Both the position numbers and the translations under genes were made by a program. Under the pieces are notes generated by a model. It was not told where the DNA came from. It saw nothing but the letters and a program-made list of their open reading frames with translations, and ran no database searches. 64,000 bases of DNA, taken from contig JANXMY010000042.1 of assembly GCA_025354405.1 (NCBI GenBank), positions 13,615-77,614 of the forward strand, written 5' to 3'. This document shows positions 10,527 through 20,347 of the stretch, in pieces; position 1 is the stretch's first letter, and every line of letters begins with the position of its first letter. The DNA is from Armatimonadota bacterium (GTDB lineage Bacteria; Armatimonadota; Armatimonadia; Armatimonadales; Capsulimonadaceae).

Positions 10527-11383
10527 CGCAAATACGCAAAGGCGTTATCACCGCGGCAGGACGGGGAACGCGGCTGCTTCCGGCAACACGCACCGTCCAA
10601 AAAGAGCTGTTTCCCCTAGTGGACGTCGACGGCCGGGCTAAGCCGATCATTCAGATACTGGTCGAGGAGCTGCAAGCATCGGGGATCGAAGAGATCTGCA
10701 TCGTGGCGAACACGACAAACTGCGAACCAATGCGGCGGCACTTTGGGGATGAGTTCGGCGGCGAAAAGATATCTTTTGTCGTGCAGGAAACGCAGGACGG
10801 CTACGGTCACGCAGTCTATCAAGCGCGGGAATGGGTCGGCGGCGAGCCGTTCGTGCTGACCCTCGGCGACCATGTCTATTTCGCGGAAAGCCGGCAGGAA
10901 AGACGCTGCACTCGGCAGGTGATAGAAGCGTTTGAGGCAAACGGCTGTTCCATCTCCTCGGTCTTCGCAGTCGCCGAAGCAGAGGTCTCTCGCTACGGCA
11001 TCATTGCCGGGGCACTCCGCGGCGATGGGTTGTACAGCATTCGGGCGATGGCAGAAAAGCCCTCTGCCGAGTTTGCACGAATGGCACTTCAGACACCGGG
11101 CCTGCCGGACGCACACTATCTCAGCTTCTTCGGCATCCACGCGTTTACTCCCGCAATTTTCGACTGCCTGGCTGATTTGATCGAAACAGACCAGCGTCAG
11201 CGCGGCGAATTCCAGCTGACTTCTGCCCAGGAGATTCTGCTTGCCAGAGAAGACTATCTTCTGAGCAGAGTCGCCGGGGTGCGCTATGACATGGGTATCC
11301 CCCAAGGATTGATCGAGACGCAGATCGCGCTCGCGCTGCGGTCTCCGTTTGCGGAAGCTGTGCAGGAGATGCTGACGGAATAA
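10523..11383 (+). CDS. Sugar-1-phosphate nucleotidylyltransferase (UTP-glucose-1-phosphate uridylyltransferase-like)
   Basis: GVITAAGRGTRLLPATRTVQKELFPLVD matches the GalU-type G-x-G-T-R-x-L-P loop. An ATGA overlaps the HAD gene. Confidence 0.75.
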   Translation: MTQIRKGVITAAGRGTRLLPATRTVQKELFPLVDVDGRAKPIIQILVEELQASGIEEICIVANTTNCEPMRRHFGDEFGGEKISFVVQETQDGYGHAVYQAREWVGGEPFVLTLGDHVYFAESRQERRCTRQVIEAFEANGCSISSVFAVAEAEVSRYGIIAGALRGDGLYSIRAMAEKPSAEFARMALQTPGLPDAHYLSFFGIHAFTPAIFDCLADLIETDQRQRGEFQLTSAQEILLAREDYLLSRVAGVRYDMGIPQGLIETQIALALRSPFAEAVQEMLTE

Positions 11384-11515
11384 TCAAGTCACCGGGTACA
11401 ATAAGCGCATTGCCAGTTTTATACACAGTGCAACTCAGTGCTTTTCTGTATGGTAACTCCTGACAGTCGCGCAGAAGAAGAACCGGTAAAGTTTATTTTA
11501 CAGAATTTCATTTAA

Positions 11516-12823
<1,308 letters not shown>

Positions 12824-12836
12824 AGCGAGCGCTGAC

Positions 12837-13598
12837 TTGCTCCCAGTTCTGCCTCTTCTGTGCGCCTCCGCCTTCCTCGCGGGCTTTTTTGACGCGATCG
12901 TGGGCGGGGGCGGCCTGGTTCAGCTGCCAGCCCTGCTGGTCTTGCTGCCGGACGTTCCGGTGGCAACGGTGCTGGGAACGAATAAGCTGACCTCGCTGAT
13001 GGGGACTTCGGTGGCCGTGACGCAGTATGCACGTCATGTCCGTTTAGAGTGGCACGTCGTACTTCCGGCCACTCTGGCGGCCTTCGGATTTTCTTTTCTG
13101 GGGGCACGGGCCGCGAGCCTGGTGCCGACGGCTCTGTTTCGCCCAGTAATTTTACTCCTGCTGATCGGAGTGGCGGCGTATGTGTTCTGGAAGAAAGACT
13201 TCGGCACGGCGTCGACCGCTCGGCTTGCCGGGCGGTGGCAGCTGATAGGCAGCCTCGGCATGGGCATCGTGCTTGGTTTCTACGACGGCATTTTTGGTCC
13301 GGGAACGGGCAGCTTTCTGATTTTCGCCTTTGTTGGTCTGTTCGGTCTGAGCTTCCTGTCGGCGTCAGCTTCGGCCAAGGTCGTAAATGCCGCCACCAAT
13401 TTGTCTGCGGTCGCTTATTTTGCATCGACGCAGCATATTCTGTATTCCGTTGCACTCCCGATGGCTGGATGCAACATCCTCGGGTCACTGCTGGGCACCC
13501 AGCTGGCCATACTTCGTGGCAGCCGCTTCATCCGTGTGCTCTTTCTCAGCATTATTTCGCTGATTATTCTCAAGTTTGGATCTGATTTATTTCGTTAG
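12837..13598 (+). CDS. TauE/SafE (DUF81) family anion exporter membrane protein
   Basis: Polytopic membrane protein with an FLAGFFDAIVGGGGLVQLPALL N-terminus typical of the family. Confidence 0.75.
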   Translation: MLPVLPLLCASAFLAGFFDAIVGGGGLVQLPALLVLLPDVPVATVLGTNKLTSLMGTSVAVTQYARHVRLEWHVVLPATLAAFGFSFLGARAASLVPTALFRPVILLLLIGVAAYVFWKKDFGTASTARLAGRWQLIGSLGMGIVLGFYDGIFGPGTGSFLIFAFVGLFGLSFLSASASAKVVNAATNLSAVAYFASTQHILYSVALPMAGCNILGSLLGTQLAILRGSRFIRVLFLSIISLIILKFGSDLFR

Positions 13599-13608
13599 AA
13601 AAGTGTTT

Positions 13609-14514
13609 ATGTTGAAACGCACTGATGTCGCCGGATTTTTACAGGGCCTGTTTGTCCTGCCGCTCTGCGCTCTCTTCGGTGGCCTGGTCGCCTTGCTTTT
13701 TAAAGCCCATGGGTTCGGCCTCTGGGCCTGCGTGGGATTCTGTGCGCTTTTCCCTATTTTCGGGGCAGTAAAAACGAAGCAAAAGTCTCTCCTGGCCGGG
13801 CTGCTTGTTGGGGTAATTGTCAGTATCATACTCCTGGTCGCGCTGGCACCGGCACATGCAGAGGAACCTCCCCTGCCCCTTCGAGGTTTCTCGGTATGCC
13901 TTGACCCCGGCCATGTTTCCGAGACCAGCGCCGGAACGGTCAGCCGTGACGGCAGGCTGACAGAAGCCCACGTCAACTGGGTGATCGCCCAGCGGCTGAC
14001 ACGCCTGCTGAAAGCCGAAGGGGCGACGGTAGTTCCTACAAAATTGCATGAGTCGCAGGTTGTCGCGAATCGTCGCCGGGCCGAAATCGCGAACGCCATG
14101 CATGCAGATCTGTTCCTGCGTCTCCACTGCGATTCCGGAGAGCAGTCCGGGATCGCAACCTATTACCCTGATCGTCAAGGCAGACGCTTTGGTGTGACCG
14201 GGCCTTCTCCCGAAGTGATGAGGTCCAGCCGGCGGGCAGCACAAAGTTTTCAACCGGCGGTCGCCGCCTCGCTTCGCGGCGTCATACGGGATGCGGGCAT
14301 TAAAGGGGACTCTCAGACTGGTGTTGGCGGAAAGCAGGGTGCCCTCACCGGGTCTATTTTTTCACAGGTTCCCGCGCTCACAGTAGAGATGTGCGTGCTC
14401 ACCAATGCGCACGATTACCGATTTATGAAGGCTGCCGCCGGACAAGATGCGATGGCCCACGCGCTTCTCGCCGGTGTGGAAGCCGTTGCCGTTCAAGAGA
14501 GAGAAGAGAGATAA
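13609..14514 (+). CDS. N-acetylmuramoyl-L-alanine amidase (Amidase_3) with N-terminal membrane anchor
   Basis: CLDPGHVSE ... EAHVNWVIAQRL ... LFLRLHCDS ... LTVEMCVLTN. The ATG at 13609 avoids overlap with the upstream gene. Confidence 0.75.
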   Translation: MLKRTDVAGFLQGLFVLPLCALFGGLVALLFKAHGFGLWACVGFCALFPIFGAVKTKQKSLLAGLLVGVIVSIILLVALAPAHAEEPPLPLRGFSVCLDPGHVSETSAGTVSRDGRLTEAHVNWVIAQRLTRLLKAEGATVVPTKLHESQVVANRRRAEIANAMHADLFLRLHCDSGEQSGIATYYPDRQGRRFGVTGPSPEVMRSSRRAAQSFQPAVAASLRGVIRDAGIKGDSQTGVGGKQGALTGSIFSQVPALTVEMCVLTNAHDYRFMKAAAGQDAMAHALLAGVEAVAVQEREER

Positions 14515-14525
14515 CAGAGACTAAT

Positions 14526-16319
14526 ATGGAGACAACCGTAGCCTGGGACCTGAGCGATCTGTTTGATGGGCCGGATGACCCGCGTATCGAGGCGACACTG
14601 GTACGCACACGGGAGCGAGCGGACGCATTTGCACGCGACTATCAAGGGAAAATCGACAGCCCCGACTTGACCGCCAAGCGGCTGGCGAGTGCCATACGAG
14701 AGTACGAACAGCTCTGGTCGGAAGGCGGCAAACCGGGAATGTATGCCCGACTGCGTTTTTCGGCGGACAACAGTGACCCGGCACGCGGGGCATTGATGGC
14801 ACGGGTGCAGGAAGAGACGACGCGGCTCTCCCTGCCGCTGGTTTTTTACCGACTGGAGCTGGCACGGGTCGCTGACGAGATTTTGACTCCCCTGCTGGAC
14901 GACCCACTGCTCATACCCTATCGCTATTACATCCATACCCTGCGCCTGGAGCGTCCGCACCAGCTCTCGGAGATCGAAGAGACACTGCTGTCGCGCTTCA
15001 GCGATACCGGATCCAGTGCGTTTGTCCGTCTGTCAGGCGAAATCCGCGCCGCCACACGATTCCACCCAGCCCTGCCTGACGGCACCGTGCCGGAGCTAAA
15101 TTTGTCGCAAAACGGGGCTCTCTATTCATCGCCGGATCGAGAAGTGCGAAAAGCGGCGGCTGAAGCATTTGCAGTCGGAGCCAAGGCCAATCTTAAAACG
15201 CTGACGTTTATTTTGAACACGCTGCTGCAGGATAAAGCCGTCTCCGATGAAATTCGGCACTATGAGATCCCAGAGGCGACGGGATTTGAGCGCGATGAGC
15301 TGCCGGGGGCAACTGTCGAGCTAGTGACAGGGATTACGGCAGAGCACTATCCGCTGGCAGCCCGCTATTATGCGCTGAAGAAGCAGCAGCTTGGCTACGA
15401 AACGCTCAAAGACTACGACTTGTCCGCACCGCTGTCTCAAACCGTGGAGGAGATTTCGTTTGAGTCGGCCCAGGAGATTGTGCTGGATTCATTCGGCAGT
15501 TTCTCTCCGGAGATGCGCGAGCTAGCCGCCGAGTTTTTTGACAAGCACTGGATCGATGCCGCGCCGCGCCCCGGCAAACAGGGCGGAGCCTACTGCAACG
15601 GTGGCACACCGGACTCGCACGCCTATGTATTTTTGAATTATCTTGGTAAAATGCCGCATGTCATGACGCTCGCCCACGAGCTGGGACACGGGGTTCATGG
15701 GTCGCTGTCGAGGGGTCAAACCTACTTCAACATGTACGGAACCCTGCCGATGGCGGAGGTCGCCAGCACATTCGGGGAGATGCTGGTGTTCGACCGCTTG
15801 CAGACCGGAGCTTGTGACGAAACGAAGCTGGCACTGCTGGGAGATAAGATCGAAGGGGCAATCGGGACAATCATGTCGACAACCGGCCGCTATCGGTTGG
15901 AGAAGATCATCCACCGGCAGCGGCGCAGTGAAGGAGAAATGACTTCCGATCAGATCTCCGACCACTGGCAGGGGGAAATGGCAGCTCTGTATGGCGACAG
16001 TGTGGAGATTACTGATCGCCTCCGCCTGGCATGGAGTTATATCCCGCATTTCGTCAATTCGCCATTTTATTCTTATCCCTATACGTTCGGCGAGCTTTTC
16101 GCACTGGCGCTGTATCAGAAGTCCAAAGACGAAGGGCCGTCCTTTGCGGAAAAGTATCTGAACCTGCTGCGGGCAGGTGGCAAAGACTCGCCGCATGTGC
16201 TGGCACGACTGGTAGATGTCGACCTGAACGATCCGGATTTCTGGCGCGGTGGATTCCAAGTGGTGGAAAGTTTGATCGATTCGTTCGAGGCTCTGGCGCA
16301 GGCAGCAAAAAGAGGTTAA
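14526..16319 (+). CDS. pepF: Oligoendopeptidase F family (M3B) metallopeptidase
   Basis: HELGHGVH zinc motif and 597 aa. The ATG at 14526 begins METTVAWDLSDLF. The ORF-track start at 14391 lies inside the amidase gene. Confidence 0.85.
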   Translation: METTVAWDLSDLFDGPDDPRIEATLVRTRERADAFARDYQGKIDSPDLTAKRLASAIREYEQLWSEGGKPGMYARLRFSADNSDPARGALMARVQEETTRLSLPLVFYRLELARVADEILTPLLDDPLLIPYRYYIHTLRLERPHQLSEIEETLLSRFSDTGSSAFVRLSGEIRAATRFHPALPDGTVPELNLSQNGALYSSPDREVRKAAAEAFAVGAKANLKTLTFILNTLLQDKAVSDEIRHYEIPEATGFERDELPGATVELVTGITAEHYPLAARYYALKKQQLGYETLKDYDLSAPLSQTVEEISFESAQEIVLDSFGSFSPEMRELAAEFFDKHWIDAAPRPGKQGGAYCNGGTPDSHAYVFLNYLGKMPHVMTLAHELGHGVHGSLSRGQTYFNMYGTLPMAEVASTFGEMLVFDRLQTGACDETKLALLGDKIEGAIGTIMSTTGRYRLEKIIHRQRRSEGEMTSDQISDHWQGEMAALYGDSVEITDRLRLAWSYIPHFVNSPFYSYPYTFGELFALALYQKSKDEGPSFAEKYLNLLRAGGKDSPHVLARLVDVDLNDPDFWRGGFQVVESLIDSFEALAQAAKRG

Positions 16320-16347
16320 TTCTTATGCAGAAATTGGTATAATAGCT

Positions 16348-16362
16348 CTGTCAACTTGACAG
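16348..16362. promoter_or_regulatory. Perfect 7-1-7 palindrome between a TGGTATAAT extended -10 and the small ORF (candidate operator)
   Basis: CTGTCAA c TTGACAG at 16348-16362. TATAAT lies at 16339-16344. Confidence 0.35.
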
Positions 16363-16378
16363 CTCAAAGGAGAGATCG

Positions 16379-16570
16379 ATGTCATTAAATGTCACACAGG
16401 ATACCGTCGGTGATCCGACGATCGAGCAGCAGCATCAGCACCTCAAAGAAGTGCATGAGCATCTGCGTTATGCGTCCACCTCGGACAGCGCGGACGAAAT
16501 CCGCGAGCGTCTGCGCCGGGCAGAGCTTGCTTTGCAGCGACATGAGCAGCAAAGCAATCCCAGCCGCTAA
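16379..16570 (+). CDS. Small hypothetical protein (63 aa, His/Glu/Gln/Arg-rich, predicted helical)
   Basis: It has a strong SD (AAAGGAGAG), its own -10 element and its own terminator. No family is recognised. Confidence 0.5.
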   Translation: MSLNVTQDTVGDPTIEQQHQHLKEVHEHLRYASTSDSADEIRERLRRAELALQRHEQQSNPSR

Positions 16571-16580
16571 ACTGCAGAAT

Positions 16581-16622
16581 AGCCCCGTCGACCACACTGT
16601 TGTGGTTAGCGGGGCTTTTTTA
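16581..16622 (+). terminator. Rho-independent terminator
   Basis: AGCCCCG ... CGGGGCT stem followed by a T6 run. Confidence 0.7.
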
Positions 16623-16675
16623 GTTTGTCTTGGCTTTGTTGCATAAATACTCGGCTTACTCTAAAGCCTAGGCTG

Positions 16676-16717
16676 AAACTTGGAGGGCAAAACTTGGAGG
16701 GCAAAACTTGGAGGGCG
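16676..16717. repeat. 14-bp tandem repeat x3 (AAACTTGGAGGGCA)
   Basis: Units at 16676-16689, 16690-16703 and 16704-16717; the last base of the third unit differs. It lies in a convergent intergenic region and is followed by the hairpin GGGCGC-N8-GCGCCC. Confidence 0.9.
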
Positions 16718-16773
16718 CAGCAAGCAGCGCCCCTACAGTGCGCCATTTTGCAGCAAAGCTCTTTGGCTTGAAA

Positions 16774-17562
16774 TTATTGCGGCGGCTTCACGGCGAGGTA
16801 GAACAAGCGGTCCGAGCGTTTTTTGGGGGGATCAGTGCTGTAGGCATCATAGACCGAGACCTCGGCAAACCCGGCGTTTCGGAGCCACCCAGTCAGCTCC
16901 TCTTTACTGTAGGCTCGCTGACGGTGGATTTCGGTAAAGATTTGGCTCTCGGCGCCGCTGCCAGGATCGTAGACAAAGCGCATATGGACCGTGCACAGGC
17001 GTGTGCCGGCATCGTAGCGGGAACGCCAGCGGTAGTGCAGCGGTTCGTCGCGCCGGGTGCAGCTCTGGTTGAACATGCCCTCGGCCAGAGCGTATTCCGT
17101 GTTGACATCGAAAAGAAGGGTGCCGCCAGGGTTAAGAAGTGCAAAAACGCGTGCGAAGGCTGACTGAACACGCTCCGGGTCGAGAATATAGTTGAGGCTG
17201 TCGAAAAGGCAGATGACGGCATCGAAGCGCAAGTCGCCTAGGTCCAGCTCAGCGGCATCCTGCTGGAAAAATTCAATTGCGAGATCTGCGTCGCCGGTCT
17301 TTTGGCGGGCGACTTCCAGCATTCCAGCGGAGAGGTCGGACCCGGTGACGGCATAGCCCCGTGTCGCCAGAAGGCGGGACACGGTACCCGTCCCGCAGGC
17401 AAGGTCCAGAACGGCTTTCGGATGGGTTCCGTGCTTTTTCCAAAGCTTCTCAATGTAGTCAGACCAGAAGCGGTACGGCACACCGGACATGAGTGAGTCA
17501 TAAAACGGCGTTACCGCTCCAAATGAAGTCTCGACCGGGCTGCCGTCAGGTTTAGTAAGCAT
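16774..17562 (-). CDS. Class I SAM-dependent methyltransferase
   Basis: Motif I VLDLACGTGTVSRLLA, with an acidic D after beta-2 (TGSDLS). Confidence 0.8.
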   Translation of the reverse strand: MLTKPDGSPVETSFGAVTPFYDSLMSGVPYRFWSDYIEKLWKKHGTHPKAVLDLACGTGTVSRLLATRGYAVTGSDLSAGMLEVARQKTGDADLAIEFFQQDAAELDLGDLRFDAVICLFDSLNYILDPERVQSAFARVFALLNPGGTLLFDVNTEYALAEGMFNQSCTRRDEPLHYRWRSRYDAGTRLCTVHMRFVYDPGSGAESQIFTEIHRQRAYSKEELTGWLRNAGFAEVSVYDAYSTDPPKKRSDRLFYLAVKPPQ

Positions 17563-18824
17563 CAGGAAACCTCTGTCTGCTCGGCATTCAGTCGCCCAAG
17601 GTGGGTCATCGCCAGCAGCCCACTAATGACGAACGCGGCTGGGATAAGGGCGTAAATAGCCTTCAGGTGGGGATAAACCGTCACGATTCCTGCTGCAGCC
17701 AGACCGGACGCCGAGGCAAAAAACGCTCCGATGGTCACGGCAGCTCCCATGATACGTCCCATAAGATGCGGCGGTCCGGCGGTCTGGAACATAGTTACGA
17801 TCGGCAGATACATGACCATATTGCCGAAGCCGCCAACAAACATGGCGATGGCCCCGATGACCATATTCGGCGCAAATGCTAGTGCCCAGCCGGAGATCGC
17901 CATCAGCATCAGCCCCACAGCCAGCAGCCGGGGCGGCGGAGTGGATTTGAATGGTCCGCTCAGAAGCGGCAGGGACAGCAGGGCCCCGAAGCCAACACAG
18001 GACAGCAGGTAGCCGTAACCAGGGCCTTCCACATGCAAGATGTCGCGGGTAAACGCGTAGAGCAGAGCGTTGTAGATACCTCCAAAGAAAGTCGCCACCG
18101 ACAAAATCCCGATTAAAACGCCCAGTGTCGGGTGCGTCACGAACACCCGGAAGCCTTCAATAAAGTCTTCCCAGAGCCCCGCCCACCCTGCAGGTCCCTC
18201 CCGCCGTTTGAAGTGTTCGACCACAAACAGCAGGCAGACAGCGGAGACAAGAAATGTCAGTGCATCGAAGATAAACAGCCCGCGGGGGTGCAGCCAGTAG
18301 AGAATTATCGCGCCGAGGCCCGGCCCGAGTATCTGTGTCAGTCGGGTCCCTGAAGAAAGCAAAGAATTAGCCTCCATCAGTTTTTCCCGTGGCAGGATCG
18401 AGGGGATAAGGGCCGCGCGGGCGGGGTTAAACAGGCAGGAAAACGTGGCAGACGCAAAGCCGACGAAGTAGATCAGCCAGACGTCACGCTGGCTGAGGTG
18501 TGTGAAGTGGTGCAGGCTTAGCAGAAGCAGCACCGCTGCCATCCGCGCCAAGTCCGTGGCAATCATCACGCGGCGGCGCGGCATACGGTCAACAATCACC
18601 CCAGCGGCAAGGCCAAACAGCAGGGCGGGCAGCGTCTCGGCGACCACGGCCAGGCCGAGCTTCGCCTGGCTATTGGTTCCATCATAGACCGCGACCGGAA
18701 TCGCCAGCATCAAGGCCCAGTCACCAATTCCAGAGATCATCTGGGCCACCCAGATAAGCAGAAAGCGGCGATCACGGAATAATGAACGGAAGGGAGGAGT
18801 CGTGGTTTTAGAACTCTCGGGCAT
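17562..18824 (-). CDS. MFS transporter
   Basis: 420 aa with about 12 hydrophobic segments and a DRMPRRRV loop motif between TM2 and TM3. Confidence 0.8.
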   Translation of the reverse strand: MPESSKTTTPPFRSLFRDRRFLLIWVAQMISGIGDWALMLAIPVAVYDGTNSQAKLGLAVVAETLPALLFGLAAGVIVDRMPRRRVMIATDLARMAAVLLLLSLHHFTHLSQRDVWLIYFVGFASATFSCLFNPARAALIPSILPREKLMEANSLLSSGTRLTQILGPGLGAIILYWLHPRGLFIFDALTFLVSAVCLLFVVEHFKRREGPAGWAGLWEDFIEGFRVFVTHPTLGVLIGILSVATFFGGIYNALLYAFTRDILHVEGPGYGYLLSCVGFGALLSLPLLSGPFKSTPPPRLLAVGLMLMAISGWALAFAPNMVIGAIAMFVGGFGNMVMYLPIVTMFQTAGPPHLMGRIMGAAVTIGAFFASASGLAAAGIVTVYPHLKAIYALIPAAFVISGLLAMTHLGRLNAEQTEVS

Positions 18825-18931
18825 AGTCTTGTGGTTATTATAACACGGATTTCCCTAACTGCACAGTTCAAGGGACAAATTAACCAAAAACATTCCTCGG
18901 GGCTGAGGCGGTATAATAGGGGTGGAGGAAC

Positions 18932-20185
18932 GTGATGTCTGAGATTTCCGAACAGAAGCTGCCTGAGCTTTCTTACTCGCGGCGGCAGACCCGCATGGTG
19001 GCGGTAGGTGGCGTGAATATCGGCGGGGGGGCTCCGGTAGCGGTCCAGAGCATGATCACGGAGGAGACGCGGAATGTTGCGGCGTGCGTCGCTCAGATCA
19101 TCGCCATGGCCGAAGCGGGCTGCGAGATCGTTCGTGTGACGACCCCTACCCTGGCCGAAGCTCACTGCCTAGGGGAGATACAGGCGGAAGTGCGTCGTCG
19201 CGGCTACTCCGTGCCCCTTGTGGCGGATGTCCATCATCAAGGCAGCGACATCGCGGTGGCGGTGGCACAATTTGTCGACAAAGTGCGAATTAACCCTGGC
19301 CTTTTCGTCTTCCGCAAGCCTCGCGGACGGGCGGATGAATACACGGAGTCCGAAGTGCGGGAAGAGCTGGCGGCAATCGAAGCCTCGCTCCTGCCGGTCA
19401 TCACCGTCTGCAAAGAGCGCGATATCGCCATGCGGATCGGGGTCAACCATGGCAGCCTGGCGGAGCGGCTCACCGTCATGCACGGCGACACGCCGCTGGG
19501 CATGGTCGAGAGTGCATTGGAGTATATCCGTATCTGCGAAGCCCATGGCTACCAAAATCTCGTCATCTCACTGAAAGCTTCGCGCGTTCAAATCATGCTG
19601 GCGGCGAACCGGCTGATGGCCCGGCGTATGGCGGAACTGGGCATGGATTATCCGCTGCACCTGGGCGTCACCGAGGCGGGCGACGGCGAATATGCGCGGG
19701 TCAAAAGCACGGCGGGGATCGGAACGCTGCTGGCGGAAGGCATAGGCGACACCATCCGTGTCTCGCTGTCGGAGGACCCGATCGCCGAGATTCCGGTCTG
19801 TTATGATATTTTGCAGGCGCTGGGTCTGCGCAAAACCAAAGTGGAGTTCATCGCCTGCCCATCGTGCGGGCGGACCAAGTTCGAGCTGACCTCCGTGCTG
19901 CGTCAGGTCAAAGCCGCGACAAATCATTTGGTCGGCCTGGACATCGCCGTCATGGGCTGCATCGTGAACGGTCCGGGGGAGATGGCGGACGCCGACTACG
20001 GCTATGTCGGCAAGGGCGGCGGGGTGATCACACTTTACCGGGGCAAAAACCCGGTGCAGAACGTCCCCCAGGAAGAAGGAGTCACTGCTTTAGTGGCACT
20101 CATCAAAGCCGATGGCCGATGGGCCGATCCACCAGTGGGCCAGACACTGTCTCCGTTTGCGAAGGAATTGGCGATGGTGGGGTAG
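18932..20185 (+). CDS. ispG: 4-hydroxy-3-methylbut-2-en-1-yl diphosphate synthase
   Basis: [11 protein letters not shown] ... RINPGL ... ACPSCGRT ... [11 protein letters not shown], the GcpE signature with its cluster cysteines. Confidence 0.93.
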   Translation: MMSEISEQKLPELSYSRRQTRMVAVGGVNIGGGAPVAVQSMITEETRNVAACVAQIIAMAEAGCEIVRVTTPTLAEAHCLGEIQAEVRRRGYSVPLVADVHHQGSDIAVAVAQFVDKVRINPGLFVFRKPRGRADEYTESEVREELAAIEASLLPVITVCKERDIAMRIGVNHGSLAERLTVMHGDTPLGMVESALEYIRICEAHGYQNLVISLKASRVQIMLAANRLMARRMAELGMDYPLHLGVTEAGDGEYARVKSTAGIGTLLAEGIGDTIRVSLSEDPIAEIPVCYDILQALGLRKTKVEFIACPSCGRTKFELTSVLRQVKAATNHLVGLDIAVMGCIVNGPGEMADADYGYVGKGGGVITLYRGKNPVQNVPQEEGVTALVALIKADGRWADPPVGQTLSPFAKELAMVG

Positions 20186-20283
20186 AGAGGGCAGCGAATT
20201 GGGGTGCAGCCTGGCAAGATGAGACGGGTATCGGGATGGATAACCGCACTAAACGGCCGGTCTACCTGTAGGGTGCGCTGCTT

Positions 20284-20328
20284 GCCGCGCCCCCTTGACT
20301 GTGCCGCGCCCCCTTGACTGTGCCGCGG
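20284..20328. repeat. 19-bp tandem duplication (GCCGCGCCCCCTTGACTGT x2.4)
   Basis: Direct reading of 20284-20328, in the convergent gap between ispG and the yidR-like gene. Confidence 0.85.
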
Positions 20329-20347
20329 CCTACGGGATTTCATTCGG

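Noticed and set aside
10616-11305. 229-aa minus-strand ORF
   Set aside because: It is antisense to the nucleotidyltransferase gene, whose plus-strand translation carries the GalU-type loop.
14391-14525. N-terminal 45-aa extension of pepF in the ORF track
   Set aside because: The extension lies inside the amidase coding region and is Arg/Cys-rich. The ATG at 14526 gives a normal PepF N-terminus.
16676-16717. Possible CRISPR array; the 20284-20328 repeat was considered for the same reason
   Set aside because: The units are 14 and 19 bp, directly abutting with no spacers. No cas genes are present in the window.
16708-17163. 151-aa plus-strand ORF
   Set aside because: It is antisense to the SAM-methyltransferase gene, which has clear motif I.
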